Of a stretch of 64,000 nt of DNA, positions 1 through 11,702 are shown in pieces. Position numbers and translations under genes: made by a program. Numbering within the stretch: the stretch's first letter is position 1; each line of letters begins with the position of its first letter. The stretch spans positions 14,570,001 to 14,634,000 of the forward strand of contig OX597828.1 of NCBI GenBank assembly GCA_951406725.2, read 5' to 3'. The stretch comes from Octopus vulgaris. Lineage: Eukaryota. The notes beneath the pieces were generated by a model. The model searched no databases. It was given only the letters and a program-made list of their open reading frames with translations, and was not told the origin of the DNA.

Positions 1-8
1 ATACATAC

Positions 9-41
<33 letters not shown>

Positions 42-56
42 ATATTTCTAAATAAG

Positions 57-88
57 GATAATATCGATATTTAAATATCGATATTATC
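57..88. repeat. 32-bp perfect palindrome
   Basis: gataatatcgatattt|aaatatcgatattatc. Confidence 0.9.
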
Positions 89-98
89 AAGTGGCCAG

Positions 99-135
<37 letters not shown>

Positions 136-160
136 GGATGAAAAGGAACACATGAGTTGT

Positions 161-292
161 TATATATGAAAAAACAAGTCGGGATAGAAAACGCTAAAAT
201 AATTTTATAAAGAACATTTCAGTACCGGTACTGAAATGTTCTTTATAAAACTATTTTAGTATTTTCTATCCTGACTTGTTTTTTCATATATA
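161..292. repeat. 132-bp spacerless near-perfect palindrome (probable PLE-like fold-back)
   Basis: Arms mirror around ...cagtacc|ggtactg... (centre 226/227) with few mismatches; bounded by TA runs. Confidence 0.85.
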
Positions 293-334
293 TGCTCGTA
301 TATACGCATATATATTTTTATATATTTTATGTCT

Positions 335-709
335 TACATGCTTCAGTCATTAAACTGCAGCCATGCTAGGGCACCGCCTTGAAGAATTTGTAGCTCAATC
401 CTTTTTTTGAAGCCTGGTACATAATCTATCGGTCTTTTTTGCTGAACCGCTAATGTTACGGGAACGTAAGCAAACCAACAGGCGGTGGTGAGGGACAAAC
501 ACAGGTACAAAGGCACACACTCACACACACACACTCACATATATATACGACGGGCTTTTTTCAGATTCCGTCTACCAATTCCACTCAGGGCTTTAGTCGA
601 TCCGAGGCTATAGTAGAAGACATTTGCCAAAGGTGTACTGCTGTGGGGTTGAACCCGGAACCATGTAGATGGGAAGCAAGCGTCTTACCATACAGCAACG
701 ACTGCACCT
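335..709 (-). mobile_element. SINE family A, diverged copy
   Basis: Matches head and tail of the cleaner copies at 14699 and 54345. Confidence 0.85.
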
Positions 710-972
710 ATGACACATATACGCCTAAAACTTTAATGCAAATGGTAAAGATTATAAATTATATAATCTCCATTATAACATAGAAGTTATTTAGAAGGAA
801 AAATAATAATCTGCTACAATAGTCAAACCGTAGTCGAAAGGATGAACGGTAAAACCGATCTTTGCGGGATTTGAACTCAGAGGGTAGAGAGTCAGGACGA
901 TTATCGCAAACCTCTCTATTCGACGTTCTGATGACCCCGCCAGTCGGGCAATATATGTATGCGTATATGAAT

Positions 973-1038
<66 letters not shown>

Positions 1039-1471
1039 ACATACACACACACTCACTCACTCTCTCCTCCTTCTCTGTCTGTCTCTCTCTTTCTTTTTGT
1101 CTCTGTTTCTGTTTGTCTCTCTCTCACTCAATCACTCGCTCACTTTCACTCTCTCTTTCTTACTTTCTCTCTTTCTTTCTCTCTCTCTTTCTAGTTGAGG
1201 AAGTATTAAAATAACAGACCCGACACGTGTATTACTGGTATTGGTTCTGGGTGAGGATAGGACGTAACTAAATACAGTTGACTCTAGTTCAGAGTTGTAC
1301 TTGTTCAATCTGTCAATCACCTTTAATTTTCTCTGTTTTCCAAAAGATAATAGAAAAATTAAATTCTGACGTAAATATAAATAAAAATAGGATTTATAAG
1401 AGAGAGGAAAATAAAACAAATCCGAAAATTAATTTTGATTATATTAAGTAAACATATATTTTGTTTGAATA

Positions 1472-1589
1472 TTTTGACCAGACGATAATCAGTGCATTAT
1501 GTTTTGACCAGACGATAATCAGTGCATTATGTTTTGACCAGACGATAATCAGTAAATTATGTTGACCAGACGATAGCCAGTGCGTTATT
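1472..1589. repeat. 30-bp minisatellite, about 4 copies
   Basis: Unit ttttgaccagacgataatcagtgcattatg. Confidence 0.9.
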
Positions 1590-2192
1590 TTGCCCCCAAG
1601 AGATGAGTGACCTTACTGTGTCATAATCCTAATCGGTAAATATGCTGTGAGAACATATATTTCTGTTAGAAAACTATGTGAATTTTTAGATGAGAAAGTT
1701 AACGAAATGGAAGTGAAGGCGGAAACCTTTGTTTAAGTCTGACATTTCAAGTTAATCTATCCGGAAATAGAATACATATATTTGACTGTAACAGTCACCA
1801 CTAAGACGGCCATACCACTAGATGTTTGCCTGAATGTTTCCTATCGGACACTAACGAAACCAATGGATTTTCCGGCGAACTTAAAAAGTTTCCTTAGTGA
1901 TAATTAGAATATCCAGGCGAACACTAAGAGCTGATTTCGAGTCCCGGCTGAAATTACCGCAGTTATTCGTGTAAAAGTTGCTCTCGTGTAAAAGTCTTTG
2001 TCGTATTAAGTCATTCTTTCCATTTATAGATTTAGCATTACCTCGTGTAAGTGATTCATCTCAGTTTTTTTTCCAGTTAAAATCAAGTATAAAATAGTGT
2101 GACTTATACAGTAAATTAGTTCACCTGCTTTGTTAATGATTGTGGGAAAAACAATACCTCTTGCAATATCCAGCTTCCTCTCCAATTAATCT

Positions 2193-3146
2193 TCTCAAGG
2201 CACAAGACCCGAAACTTTTGGGGAGGGGGGCCAGTCGATTAGATCGACCCGAGTACACAAGTGATATTTAATTTATCGACCCCGAAAGGGTGAAAGGCAA
2301 AGTCAACCTCGGCGGAATTTAAACTCAGAACGTAAAAACAGATGAAATACCTCTAAGCATTTCGCCCGGCGTGCTAACGTTTCTTATTTCTTTATTGCCT
2401 ACAAGAGGCTAAACATAGAGGGGACAAGCAAAGAGATTAAGTCGATTATATCGACCCCAGTGCGTAACTGGGATTTAATTTATCGACCCCGATAGGATGA
2501 AATGCAAAGTGGACCTCGGCGGAATTTGAACTCAGAACGTAGCGGCAGACGAAATACCTATTTCTTTACTACCCACAAGGGGCTAAACACAGAGAGGACA
2601 AACAAGGACAGACAAACGGATTAGTCGATTATATCGACTCCAGTGCGTAACTGGTACTTATTTAATCGACCCCAAAAGGATGAAAGGCAAAGTCGACCGC
2701 GGCGAAATTTGAACTCAGAACGTAGCGGCAGACGAAATACCTATTTCTTTACTACCCACAAGGGGCTAAACACAGAGAGGACAAGCAAAGAGATTAAGTC
2801 GATTATATCGACCCCAGTGCGTAACTGGTATTTAATTTATCGACCCCGATAGGATGAAATACAAAGTGGACCTCGGCGGAATTTGAACTCAGAACGTAGC
2901 GGCAGACGAAATACCTATTTCTTTACTACCCACAAGGGGCTAAACACAGAGGAGACAAACATGGACAGACAAACGGATTAAGTTGATTACATCGACTCCA
3001 GTGCGTAACTGGTATTTATTTATCGACCCCGATAGGATGAAAGGCAAAGTCGACCTCGGCGGAATTTGAACTCAGAACGTAACGGCATACGAAATACGGC
3101 TACGCATTTCGCCCGGCGTGCTAACGATTCTGCCAGCTCGCCACCT
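2193..3146 (-). mobile_element. Tandem array of 5 SINE family B units
   Basis: Repeated body gaaaggatgaaaggcaaagtcgacctcggcggaatttgaactc; a complete tRNA-like head only at the right end. Confidence 0.9.
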
Positions 3147-3494
3147 TTCCTCTGCAATTAATACAAAGACAAGAGGACATGTCAAAAGAAAGCTAGGAAA
3201 AAATTGCAAAACTGCGGTTAATCTTTTCATAGATAGGATGTTGGTCTATCACAATGATATTTACCTGCTACAGAAACTGAACTCAGCGCTATAAAGCAAG
3301 TGAAGTTAATCGGCTCTGATTAGAATTTGAAACCGAGCCGAGAGACTTGAATGTGAAAGTGTGGAAATCTCGTTCTTCGACCTTCTTTTTGTTTGCTTAA
3401 TAGTAAAGTGGGCAATCGCTATAATCCAATGAATTTTGATTGATTAAAACTACACTGTTAATGATGCCAGCAATCATTAGCAACGGGATTTATC

Positions 3495-3704
3495 AAAGTG
3501 ATAAGCTGACACAATCGTTAGCAGATGTTTAGCAGCATTTCTTCTGATTTGTTACGTTCTGCGTTCAAATTCCATCAAGGTCGCCTTCCCTATCATCTTC
3601 TTGGATTCGAGAAAATAAAGTACCAGTCAAGAATCGGAGCTAATCTAATCGACTTTCCCTCCTGCCCTAAAAAATTACTGGCTTTGTTCCAATATTAGAA
3701 AGAA
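3495..3704 (+). mobile_element. SINE family B, old copy
   Basis: Degenerate head and body; Helitron inserted in its tail. Confidence 0.7.
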
Positions 3705-4011
3705 CTAGCAGTATCGCCCGGCGTTGCTCGGGTTTGTAAGGGAAATAACTATATAAGCATTTTTAGAGAGTTACTTCCCTTATATAGCCCGAGCAAAAAT
3801 CATTAAAAATGCGGAAAAATGATGGTAAATTTTGTTTTAAATCGTAGACTCATCGTAGACGCGCGCTAATACCCAGAAGGGCTCGATATGAATGACGATT
3901 ATAAGATACCCGCTTTTGGTTAAACTGCACCGCAAAATGTGGGAGTAGTTAGGAATCTAAATCGGAGGAGACAGAGTCTCACACACACAACTTTAATTTT
4001 ATATATAAAGA
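3705..4011 (-). mobile_element. Non-autonomous Helitron
   Basis: Minus strand starts TC, ends CTAG, subterminal hairpin cccgagcaacgccggg, inserted between A and T with no TSD. Confidence 0.8.
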
Positions 4012-4530
4012 TTATTTGAATGACTCATTCTAGTAAAGAATGGAAGGGGCAACAACCCTGAAACTGTAATAAATTAAACTTGATCAAACAAGATAATCTT
4101 CTCTTTTGTAGGAAACACCAATTTTCCTGAGTAATTCCTCCTGCTAATCATTATTCTAAATTATTACAAAATTCAATTTTCAATAACGAATAATATAAAT
4201 CTCTTTAGTCAATTTAGGATCTTACAGTCAGTTACGCTCAGACCATGTTTCGCTGATGATGTCTAATACGACTGAAAGATGTTTGGAGTTGTCACTTGTA
4301 CCACGACAGATCAGATTCACCCTTCACTACACTCTAAGCATAATTCATGTTAATTAAGATTTCATTGCTACCCCCTTTTAAATTTTAACCAGAATTACTC
4401 ATTAAGATAACATTGTGTAAATTTAATTAAATCAAATTGACTGGTTTGTTAACATTAAGTTTGATAATGACAATTTTACAATTGAGCATACAAAGAGAAG
4501 ATCGTAGAGCAAGATTTATACACTGTAGTA

Positions 4531-5103
4531 TTGGGTTGTCTGGACAGTTTGTGTCGGTATATAGTAGCTTAGCTTTCGACTTATTTTAGAACATGGTTGA
4601 GTCCAAAAATTAGGATTTAACTACACCTCCATTTAGAGCACAGTTTAAGCTATCCTTTCGTGGAAGAAGGTTTATGTTCCTATAACCTGTGTTAATTATG
4701 GAACCCTTTAAAATGGAAGATAAGAAAGTTCGTTTTCGGCACTTGCTACTTTTCTTTTTCCGTAAGGGGAAAAATCCCTTACAAGTAACCAAAGAAATAT
4801 GCGCAGTTTATGGTGATGTTTCTTTATCCGAAAGAACTGTACGGAAGTGGTTCGCAAGGTTCCGAGCTGGAGATTGTAGCCTTATAGATAAAGAGCGATC
4901 AGACAGACCATCCACTACAGATGATGACCAAATCAAGTCATTAATTGAGAATAACCCACATTGTACAATCCGAGAATTGGCAGAAAGCCTCAACCTATCA
5001 AAATCCATAGTTCATGAGCACCTGGTAAAGCTTGGGTAATGGCAAGTATTTATTGACTTTTTCTTTCCTTTAAAAATCGGCACGAACTTTCTGGACAACC
5101 CAA
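4531..5103 (+). mobile_element. Internally deleted mariner (Tc1/mariner) transposon
   Basis: About 28-bp imperfect TIRs ttgggttgtc.../...gacaacccaa, TA on the left flank, transposase N-terminus inside. Confidence 0.9.
4713..5039 (+). CDS. Mariner transposase N-terminal DNA-binding region (two HTH motifs), no catalytic domain
   Basis: RHLLLFFFRKG...ICAVYGD...TVRKWFARFRAGD...RSDRP...TIRELAESLN...VHEHLVKLG*; stops before the WVPHEL linker. Confidence 0.85.
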   Translation: MEDKKVRFRHLLLFFFRKGKNPLQVTKEICAVYGDVSLSERTVRKWFARFRAGDCSLIDKERSDRPSTTDDDQIKSLIENNPHCTIRELAESLNLSKSIVHEHLVKLG

Positions 5104-5897
5104 CAGTTATATCGTTGAGCGGGCTTCGAGTCCCAGTTTGAATCAATTAACTTTACTTATTTTGCAGATATGATCAATTCTTGTCTCAGGATAAAAACTA
5201 TTCTATTCGTATAAGTCCGCGTTCTTAGGCATGCCATATGCATGAAAAACAATAGTTAAGTTTGTGTTAGCATATTTAACGTAATGGGCGTTAAAAATCT
5301 TATTAGAAAGCGAGGTAACATTAGATCAGAAAGCAATATAATTTTAATTTATGCAACAAGTATAAGAGGAGATAACTTCCAACTTGTTTCAATGTTAGAC
5401 CTTGTCAGCGAACAAATTTAGCAAAGAATTTCTGTTATCATCGTAATATTATACACTTTTCAATATGATCATTATCTTAAAGATTGTTCTAGAACGCGAG
5501 TGGCAAAGTTGCTAGAGTCACGATTAACAAACGGTTTCGTCCGTAGCCATATTTTTTACCTTCCAAATGACCTAGACTGTTTAGCTGTTGTCAATAATTG
5601 CAGAAGACCTCGGCTGGTATTGTTGGCTTTATGAAAGAATGAATAAGAAATGATTGTTAAGCATAGCAAAGGTTGTTTCAAGTACGTGCTCATAAAAATC
5701 TACTGTCAACATAAGTTACGATGGGATTGATTGAGATACAATGGCAAAAATATTGTTGTTTTTATAGGTCAGGGCAACGTGTTCGATATAAAACATCAAC
5801 ACCGACTTTACATTTTTGCTTAATATGCATATAATAACGCGCGCGCGCACACACGCACACGCACATACATATACATGTGATTATAAGTATGCACGTA

Positions 5898-5932
<35 letters not shown>

Positions 5933-6106
5933 CATACTGAAAACAGGTATATTATTCAACAGTATACAAAACATATACACGTTTCAACAAAATGGCGTAA
6001 TATTTAGATAGTAGTTGTGGAAACATTATGTATTCTTTCAAAATAATTCATCAGTATTCCACATTAAATGCAATAACAAGTGTTGAAACCTCGATATGTA
6101 CGTATG

Positions 6107-6151
<45 letters not shown>

Positions 6152-6514
6152 TCAATATAGGGTGGCAAAAAAAAATTTTGTAGAATTCTTTTGCCACCAG
6201 CGGCCTAGTGGGAAAAAATTAAATAGTCATAAACCATTTTTAAGTTCAACATCAACAATCAAGGAACGGCCATAATAGGCCATTCACCCACTAGAAATAA
6301 CAGCCAAAAGCTTTAACCGCAAAATAACGTCAATTCCGTAAATCAGGAGAAAATTGAAAAACATTTACCCTGTAATTTCTTAGACGATGCACCGTTTATA
6401 TTTATTTGCTGCCGTTAAATTTGGCGCGAGTGCGACGATTTGAAAATTTTAGGTCAGATATTGACGAGGTAGCAATGAGAATGCCTCGTGAAAAATATCT
6501 GTTCCGGTTTGGCT

Positions 6515-6621
6515 ATTTCTTACTGATGAATCTAAGGGCCTATGGTAGATTGGCTTGATTTAATTTAATCAGGTTAGTTTTCCATTAAACAGAAGATGAA
6601 ACGGTGCATCGTCTAAGAAAT
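6515..6621 (+). ncRNA. Type I hammerhead ribozyme with long stem II
   Basis: Stem I atttctta/taagaaat; core CTGATGA; stem II atct/agat enclosing about 60 nt; GAAAC-GGTGCATC-GTC; predicted cut after 6613. Confidence 0.8.
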
Positions 6622-7006
6622 TACAGGGTAAATGTTTTTCAATTTTCTCCTGATTTACGGAATTGACGTTATTTTGCGGTTAAAGCTTTTGGCTGTTATT
6701 TCTAGTGGGTGAATGGCCTATTATGGCCGTTCCTTGATTGTTGATGTTGAACTTAAAAATGGTTTATGACTATTTAATTTTTTCCCACTAGGCCGCTGGT
6801 GGCAAAAGAATTCTACAAAATTTTTTTTGCCACCCTATATTGATTAATTATGAATTTTCTGGTTAATTCCGTAATGGAATCGGCGGCTTATATTTATTTG
6901 CTGCCGTTAAATTTGGCGCGAGTGCGACGATTTGAAAATTTTAGGTCAGATATTGACGAGGTAGCAATGAGAATGCCTCGTGAAAAATATCTGTTCCGGT
7001 TTGGCT

Positions 7007-7113
7007 ATTTCTTACTGATGAATCTAAGGGCCTATGGTAGATTGGCTTGATTTAATTTAATCAGGTTAGTTTTCCATTAAACAGAAGATGAAACGGTGCA
7101 TCGTCTAAGAAAT
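7007..7113 (+). ncRNA. Type I hammerhead ribozyme, identical second copy
   Basis: Same sequence shifted by 492; predicted cut after 7105. Confidence 0.8.
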
Positions 7114-7233
7114 TACAGGGTAAATGTTTTTCAATTTTCTCCTGATTTACGGAATTGACGTTATTTTGCGGTTAAAGCTTTTGGCTGTTATTTCTAGTGG
7201 GTGAATGGCCTATTATGGCCGTTCCTTGATTGT

Positions 7234-7286
<53 letters not shown>

Positions 7287-7288
7287 AT

Positions 7289-7660
7289 TGTAAAAAAAAT
7301 ACAAACTGGGACAAGAACGTGAAACATTTAGAAGACGATACAAAAAACACGGACGGGACATTCGAAGCCAATCTTCAGTCAAGAACCGGATCATCTTCGT
7401 AATTTCGGCTGATTAATATTGAGATTGCTCCGATCTGGCCAGCCCCAAAGGAAAATCTTTCTTCCAAGGAATCTAATGCGCTTGGCTTAGATTTTCCTTT
7501 GGGGCTGGCCAGATCGGAGCAATCTCAATATTAATCAGCCGAAATTGCGAAGATGATCCGGTTCTTGTCTGAAGATTGAAGGCTTCGAATGTCCCGTCCG
7601 TGTTTTTTGTATCGTCTTCTAAATGTTTCACGTTCTTGTCCCAGTTTGTATTTTTTTACA
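7289..7660. mobile_element. 170-bp inverted repeat element (PLE-like terminal repeat family also at 48459)
   Basis: Arms 7289-7458 and 7489-7660, 30-bp spacer, flanked by TA runs. Confidence 0.8.
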
Positions 7661-8188
7661 TTTACATATATATATAAGCGATTACGTACCCTTTTTGGTC
7701 CTATACGTAAGTATATATTCTTATATATATATATATATATATCCTACACATAATAAAATGCAATGTGTCTCCATCGGTCACGTTAGGGTAAGAAGAGTAA
7801 GACAACACACGGAGTGGGAGTGGTAACAGTCACAGATGCTAAAACAGACGAACAGCTTTCACAGATTTTGCTCCCCAAACGCTGGTATTTCAATCAAAAT
7901 AAACTTCAAATTTTTATCGGAAATTGTATTTAGTTTATCAATTTCATACACTCACACACGTATATATAAATACGTATGTGAAATTAAATATTAAACACTT
8001 TTGCTTTTAGAAAATTATCGTTCACATAACATTTTAAATTGCTATGTGAACGATAATGTGTATATCCGCACCTGAAATACAATCAACAACATTGAATGTA
8101 ATTGCGTCGTGGAAATTACCGTAATATTAAGCACGAAACAGTGTCTAGGCATTTGTGACGACACGGGTATGCTACTGTGTGTGTGTGT

Positions 8189-8486
8189 ATCACCGTGACC
8201 GACCAGACTATCAGATGTTGCTAAACATCGCTGGTCACAATGCGTTTCGCATTGTTTTAGCCTTCAAATTACGCCACCCCGCTGGCTAAGCGAGCAGGCC
8301 AACAGAAGAAAGAGTGGGAGAAAGTTGTGGCGAAAGAGTACAGCAGGGATCACCACCACCCCCTACCGGAGCCTCTTGGAGCTTTAGGTGCTCAATAAAC
8401 ACTCACAACGCCCGGTCTGAGAATCGAAACCGCGATCCTACGACCGCGAGTCCGCTGCCCTAACCACTGGGCCATTGCGCCTCCAC
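8189..8486 (-). mobile_element. SINE family C (tRNA-derived head), tail type 1
   Basis: Head ggcgcaatggcccagtggttagggcagcggactcgcggtc...gtttcgattc with A and B boxes. Confidence 0.9.
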
Positions 8487-8542
8487 ATATCACACACACG
8501 CACGAAAACACACGCACACACACACACACACGCACACACACA

Positions 8543-8617
<75 letters not shown>

Positions 8618-8648
8618 GTATATGTATATGTATATATATATGAAATAC

Positions 8649-8682
<34 letters not shown>

Positions 8683-8875
8683 TTGACCGCGTGTGTACCG
8701 TTGGCGATTTTTTTTCCTGTCTTCCCTTCTTTGGATCTTTCCTTTTCCTATGTTTTTGACGAAGAGCTCCGCTCGAAACGTTAAACCCTCCTTCTTCCCT
8801 TCCTTCCTGAGCGTCCAATAATACTATACTTGTTCCACGTCCTCGCGTTGTTGTGTTTTCATGTTTGGATTAACT
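8683..8875 (+). mobile_element. Solo PLE-like terminal repeat with minimal hammerhead (8752-8786, C3 changed to U)
   Basis: gttt-TTGACGA-a-gagc(tcc)gctc-GAAACGTT-aaac; near-identical to 57416-57621; microsatellite flanks. Confidence 0.75.
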
Positions 8876-9590
8876 ATATATACACACACATACACACACA
8901 CACTTTTCCCATTTTTCAATACCTTCGCAGGCCACACAATATTGCAGTGCGCAGATAAAAAAAAAGGCCATAGATGCAGGAGGTCACGCCTCTTTCACTT
9001 TTTCAGACATAAGTAGGTGCGACGAAAAATAAATAAATAAGTGAATGATAATTGTGCAACGACAATGACTACCCTATCACAGACAGTCATGAACTTATCA
9101 GGATATAACTCAGAGAGAAGCAACCTGCAGCGACTTGTCAAGTTAAATGCAAATGGACCAAACAGACTTCGTTCAGACCTAGACAGAAGAGATCTAACGT
9201 GACATAAATACACATACACACACGCGACGAAAGATTTCAGACGTGGGATAAGAGAGTCGCTGAAGAGGTTACAGGATGTGTGACGAAATATTTCTGACAA
9301 AAGACACTAAAATAAGAACAATGATAAATAAGACACAATGACAAAAGACACAATAATAAAGCAGCAGTGAAGAACGAATATATTGTGCATGTGTTTATTT
9401 GGAGAGAAAAAAAACCGCACCATCCCGAAATATGACAATATCTGTTTTAAGCCACGATTTCACAACATTAATCTAACAAAACAAATACATAAACGTAATA
9501 CCGTAATATTAAGCACGAAGCGGTGTTTAGTTATTTGTGACGATACGGGTATGATAGAGTGTATGTGCATATATATATTTTTTTTTTTTA

Positions 9591-9771
9591 TGCGCCCTTT
9601 TCAAGCCTAGCTAGGCTCATGGGCTCGGTTTCCCGGTTTCTATGGCGTATGTGTTCGACCCAGCTGGACGGGACGCCAGTCCATCACAGCGTTACTCACG
9701 AAACAAGAAGAAAAAGTGAGAGAAAGTTGGGGCGAAAGAGTACAACAGGGGTCGCCACAACCCCCTGCTGG
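9591..9771 (-). mobile_element. SINE family C, 5'-truncated, tail type 2
   Basis: Family C body followed by gatggactggcgtcccgtccag...gaaaccgggaaacc tail and an A-run. Confidence 0.75.
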
Positions 9772-9849
9772 TAAAAGAGAGAGGGGTGGGGAGAGAGAGA
9801 GAAAAGAAAATGTCCCTTGTATTAGAAAACTATGGAAATATTTTTTGTA

Positions 9850-10066
9850 CGCGGTATACTGAAAACTTTCTGGTTTTAAGCGTCTCGTGAAAAGGTCTAG
9901 TTGAAAGCCCAAACTTCCAAGTTCTTTTACAGGGCTTAGAAAAACTGAAGGACCGCTGCAATAAGTGTGTGAATCTGAGAGGGGAATCTGTTGAATAAAA
10001 TCGTAATCACCTGATCCACCTGTAATTTCTTGTATCCAAAGCCAGGAAGTCTTCAGCATCCCTTCG
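9850..10066 (+). mobile_element. Mariner-derived MITE
   Basis: TA-flanked imperfect TIRs; decayed transposase C-terminus (DRCNKCVNLRGESVE*); second copy at 40922. Confidence 0.8.
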
Positions 10067-10199
10067 TATATATATATATAAGTAAATCTGTTCAAATATG
10101 AGGATGAAATGATCGAATCCCACCAGCGCCGCCGCTGCTACTGACGCCGCCGCATTCGCCTCTATCACCACCACCACGACCATCATTGTATCGCATAAT

Positions 10200-10372
10200 C
10201 CTTTCAACTATAGACACAAGGCCAGAAAATTGAGGGGAGAGGGTTAGTCGGTTACATCGAACCAGTACATAACTGGTACTTATTTCATCGACCCCGAAAG
10301 GATGAAAGGCAAAGTCGACCTCGGTGGAATTTGAACTCAGAACGTAGCGGCAGACGAACATTGCATCGCATA
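10200..10372 (-). mobile_element. SINE family B, partial
   Basis: Body and tail match. Confidence 0.8.
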
Positions 10373-10588
10373 ATGCCAACAACAACCATCACCACCACAA
10401 CTACTACTACAACTACTACCACTACCATCACCACCACCACTAGCACTTCCATCTCGACCACCTCCATAACCATCACCATCACCACCACCATCACGAACCC
10501 CACCACTGCCACCAATACAACCATCACCACAACCACTACCACCACCATCATTGCATGTTTGCCAACAACAAAAACATTAATCTTTTTG

Positions 10589-10975
10589 CTCTTTTACTTG
10601 TTTCAGTCATTTTGACTGTGGCCATGCTGGAGCACCGCCTTTAGTCGAGAAAATCGACCCCAGGACTTATTCTTTGCAAGCCTAGTACTTATTCCATCGG
10701 TCTATTTTGCCGAACCACTAGGTTACGGAGACGTAAACATACCAGCATCAGTTGTCAAGCGATGTTGGGGGGACAAACACAGACACACAAACATATACAC
10801 ACACATACATACGACGGGCTTCCTTCAGTTTCCGTCTACCAAATGCACTCACAAGGCTTTGGTCGGCCCGAGGCTATAGTAGAAGACACTTGCCCAAGGT
10901 GCCACGCAGTGGGACTGAAGCCGGAACCATGTGGTTGGTAAGCAAGCTACTTACCACGCAGCCACTCCTGCGCCT
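10589..10975 (-). mobile_element. SINE family A, full length
   Basis: tRNA-like head (tggctgcgtgg ... ttcagtccc), CORE-like ccttgggcaagt, CR1-type tail. Confidence 0.9.
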
Positions 10976-11090
10976 AAACATTCATGAGATACTTTACATT
11001 TTGCTTATAGTTTTACACATTATATTTCGAAAGAAGTAGAAACCTTTCAGAGAATGTAAAGATCTTCGATTGATAAAGGTTTATATTTTA

Positions 11091-11340
11091 GCTTTTACTT
11101 GTTTCAGTCATCGATCTACGGCCATACTGGGGCACAGCTTTGAAAGGGTTTTGTCGAGCAAATCGACCCCAGTATTTTTTTTATTATTATTATAAATCTG
11201 GTACTTATTCTACGATTATCTTTTGTCGAACCGTGAAGCTTACGTCCCCGTAACTTCATGGAGACGTAAATCAACCAACACCGCTTATCAAGCGTTGCGG
11301 GAATAAATACAAACAAAAGGCGTTACACATACATATATAC

Positions 11341-11373
<33 letters not shown>

Positions 11374-11702
11374 TGTATGTATGTATGTATGTATGTATGT
11401 ATGTATGTATGTATCTATGCATGTATGTATGTATGTATACATGTATGTATGTATGCATGTATGTATGTATGTATGCATGTATGTATGTATGTATGTATGT
11501 ATGTATGTATGTATGTATGTATGCATGTATGTATGTATGTATGTATACATGTATGTATGTATGTATGTATGCATGTATGTATGTATGTTTATGTAAATAT
11601 GTATACGACGAGCTTCCACACAGTTTCCGTCAACTAAAATCACTCACAAGGCATTGGTCAACCCGAGGCTCGAATTGGAGACACTTACCCAAGGTGCCGC
11701 AC
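11091..11702 (-). mobile_element. SINE family A, old copy with about 250-bp internal (ATGT)n
   Basis: Tail and head halves flank the tetranucleotide tract. Confidence 0.75.

Larger units (their letters stand above)
6144..7237 (+). mobile_element. Non-coding PLE-like/retrozyme-like element: inverted partial repeat plus tandem repeat with 492-bp period
   Basis: 6144-6397 is the reverse complement of 6599-6851; 6396-6745 = 6888-7237; (TA)n on both flanks; two hammerheads. Confidence 0.85.

Noticed and set aside
1472-1589. 30-bp repeats as a CRISPR array
   Set aside because: Head-to-tail with no spacers, eukaryotic context, no cas genes
4245-4290. CTGATGA-tgtc/gact-GAAA as a hammerhead
   Set aside because: No convincing stem I or III in any topology
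6015-6060. Minus-strand CTGATGA...GAAA
   Set aside because: Stem II and III pairing too weak; likely chance in AT-rich DNA
6850-7050. 66-aa ORF inside the 492-bp unit
   Set aside because: Short, no recognisable domain, overlaps the ribozyme
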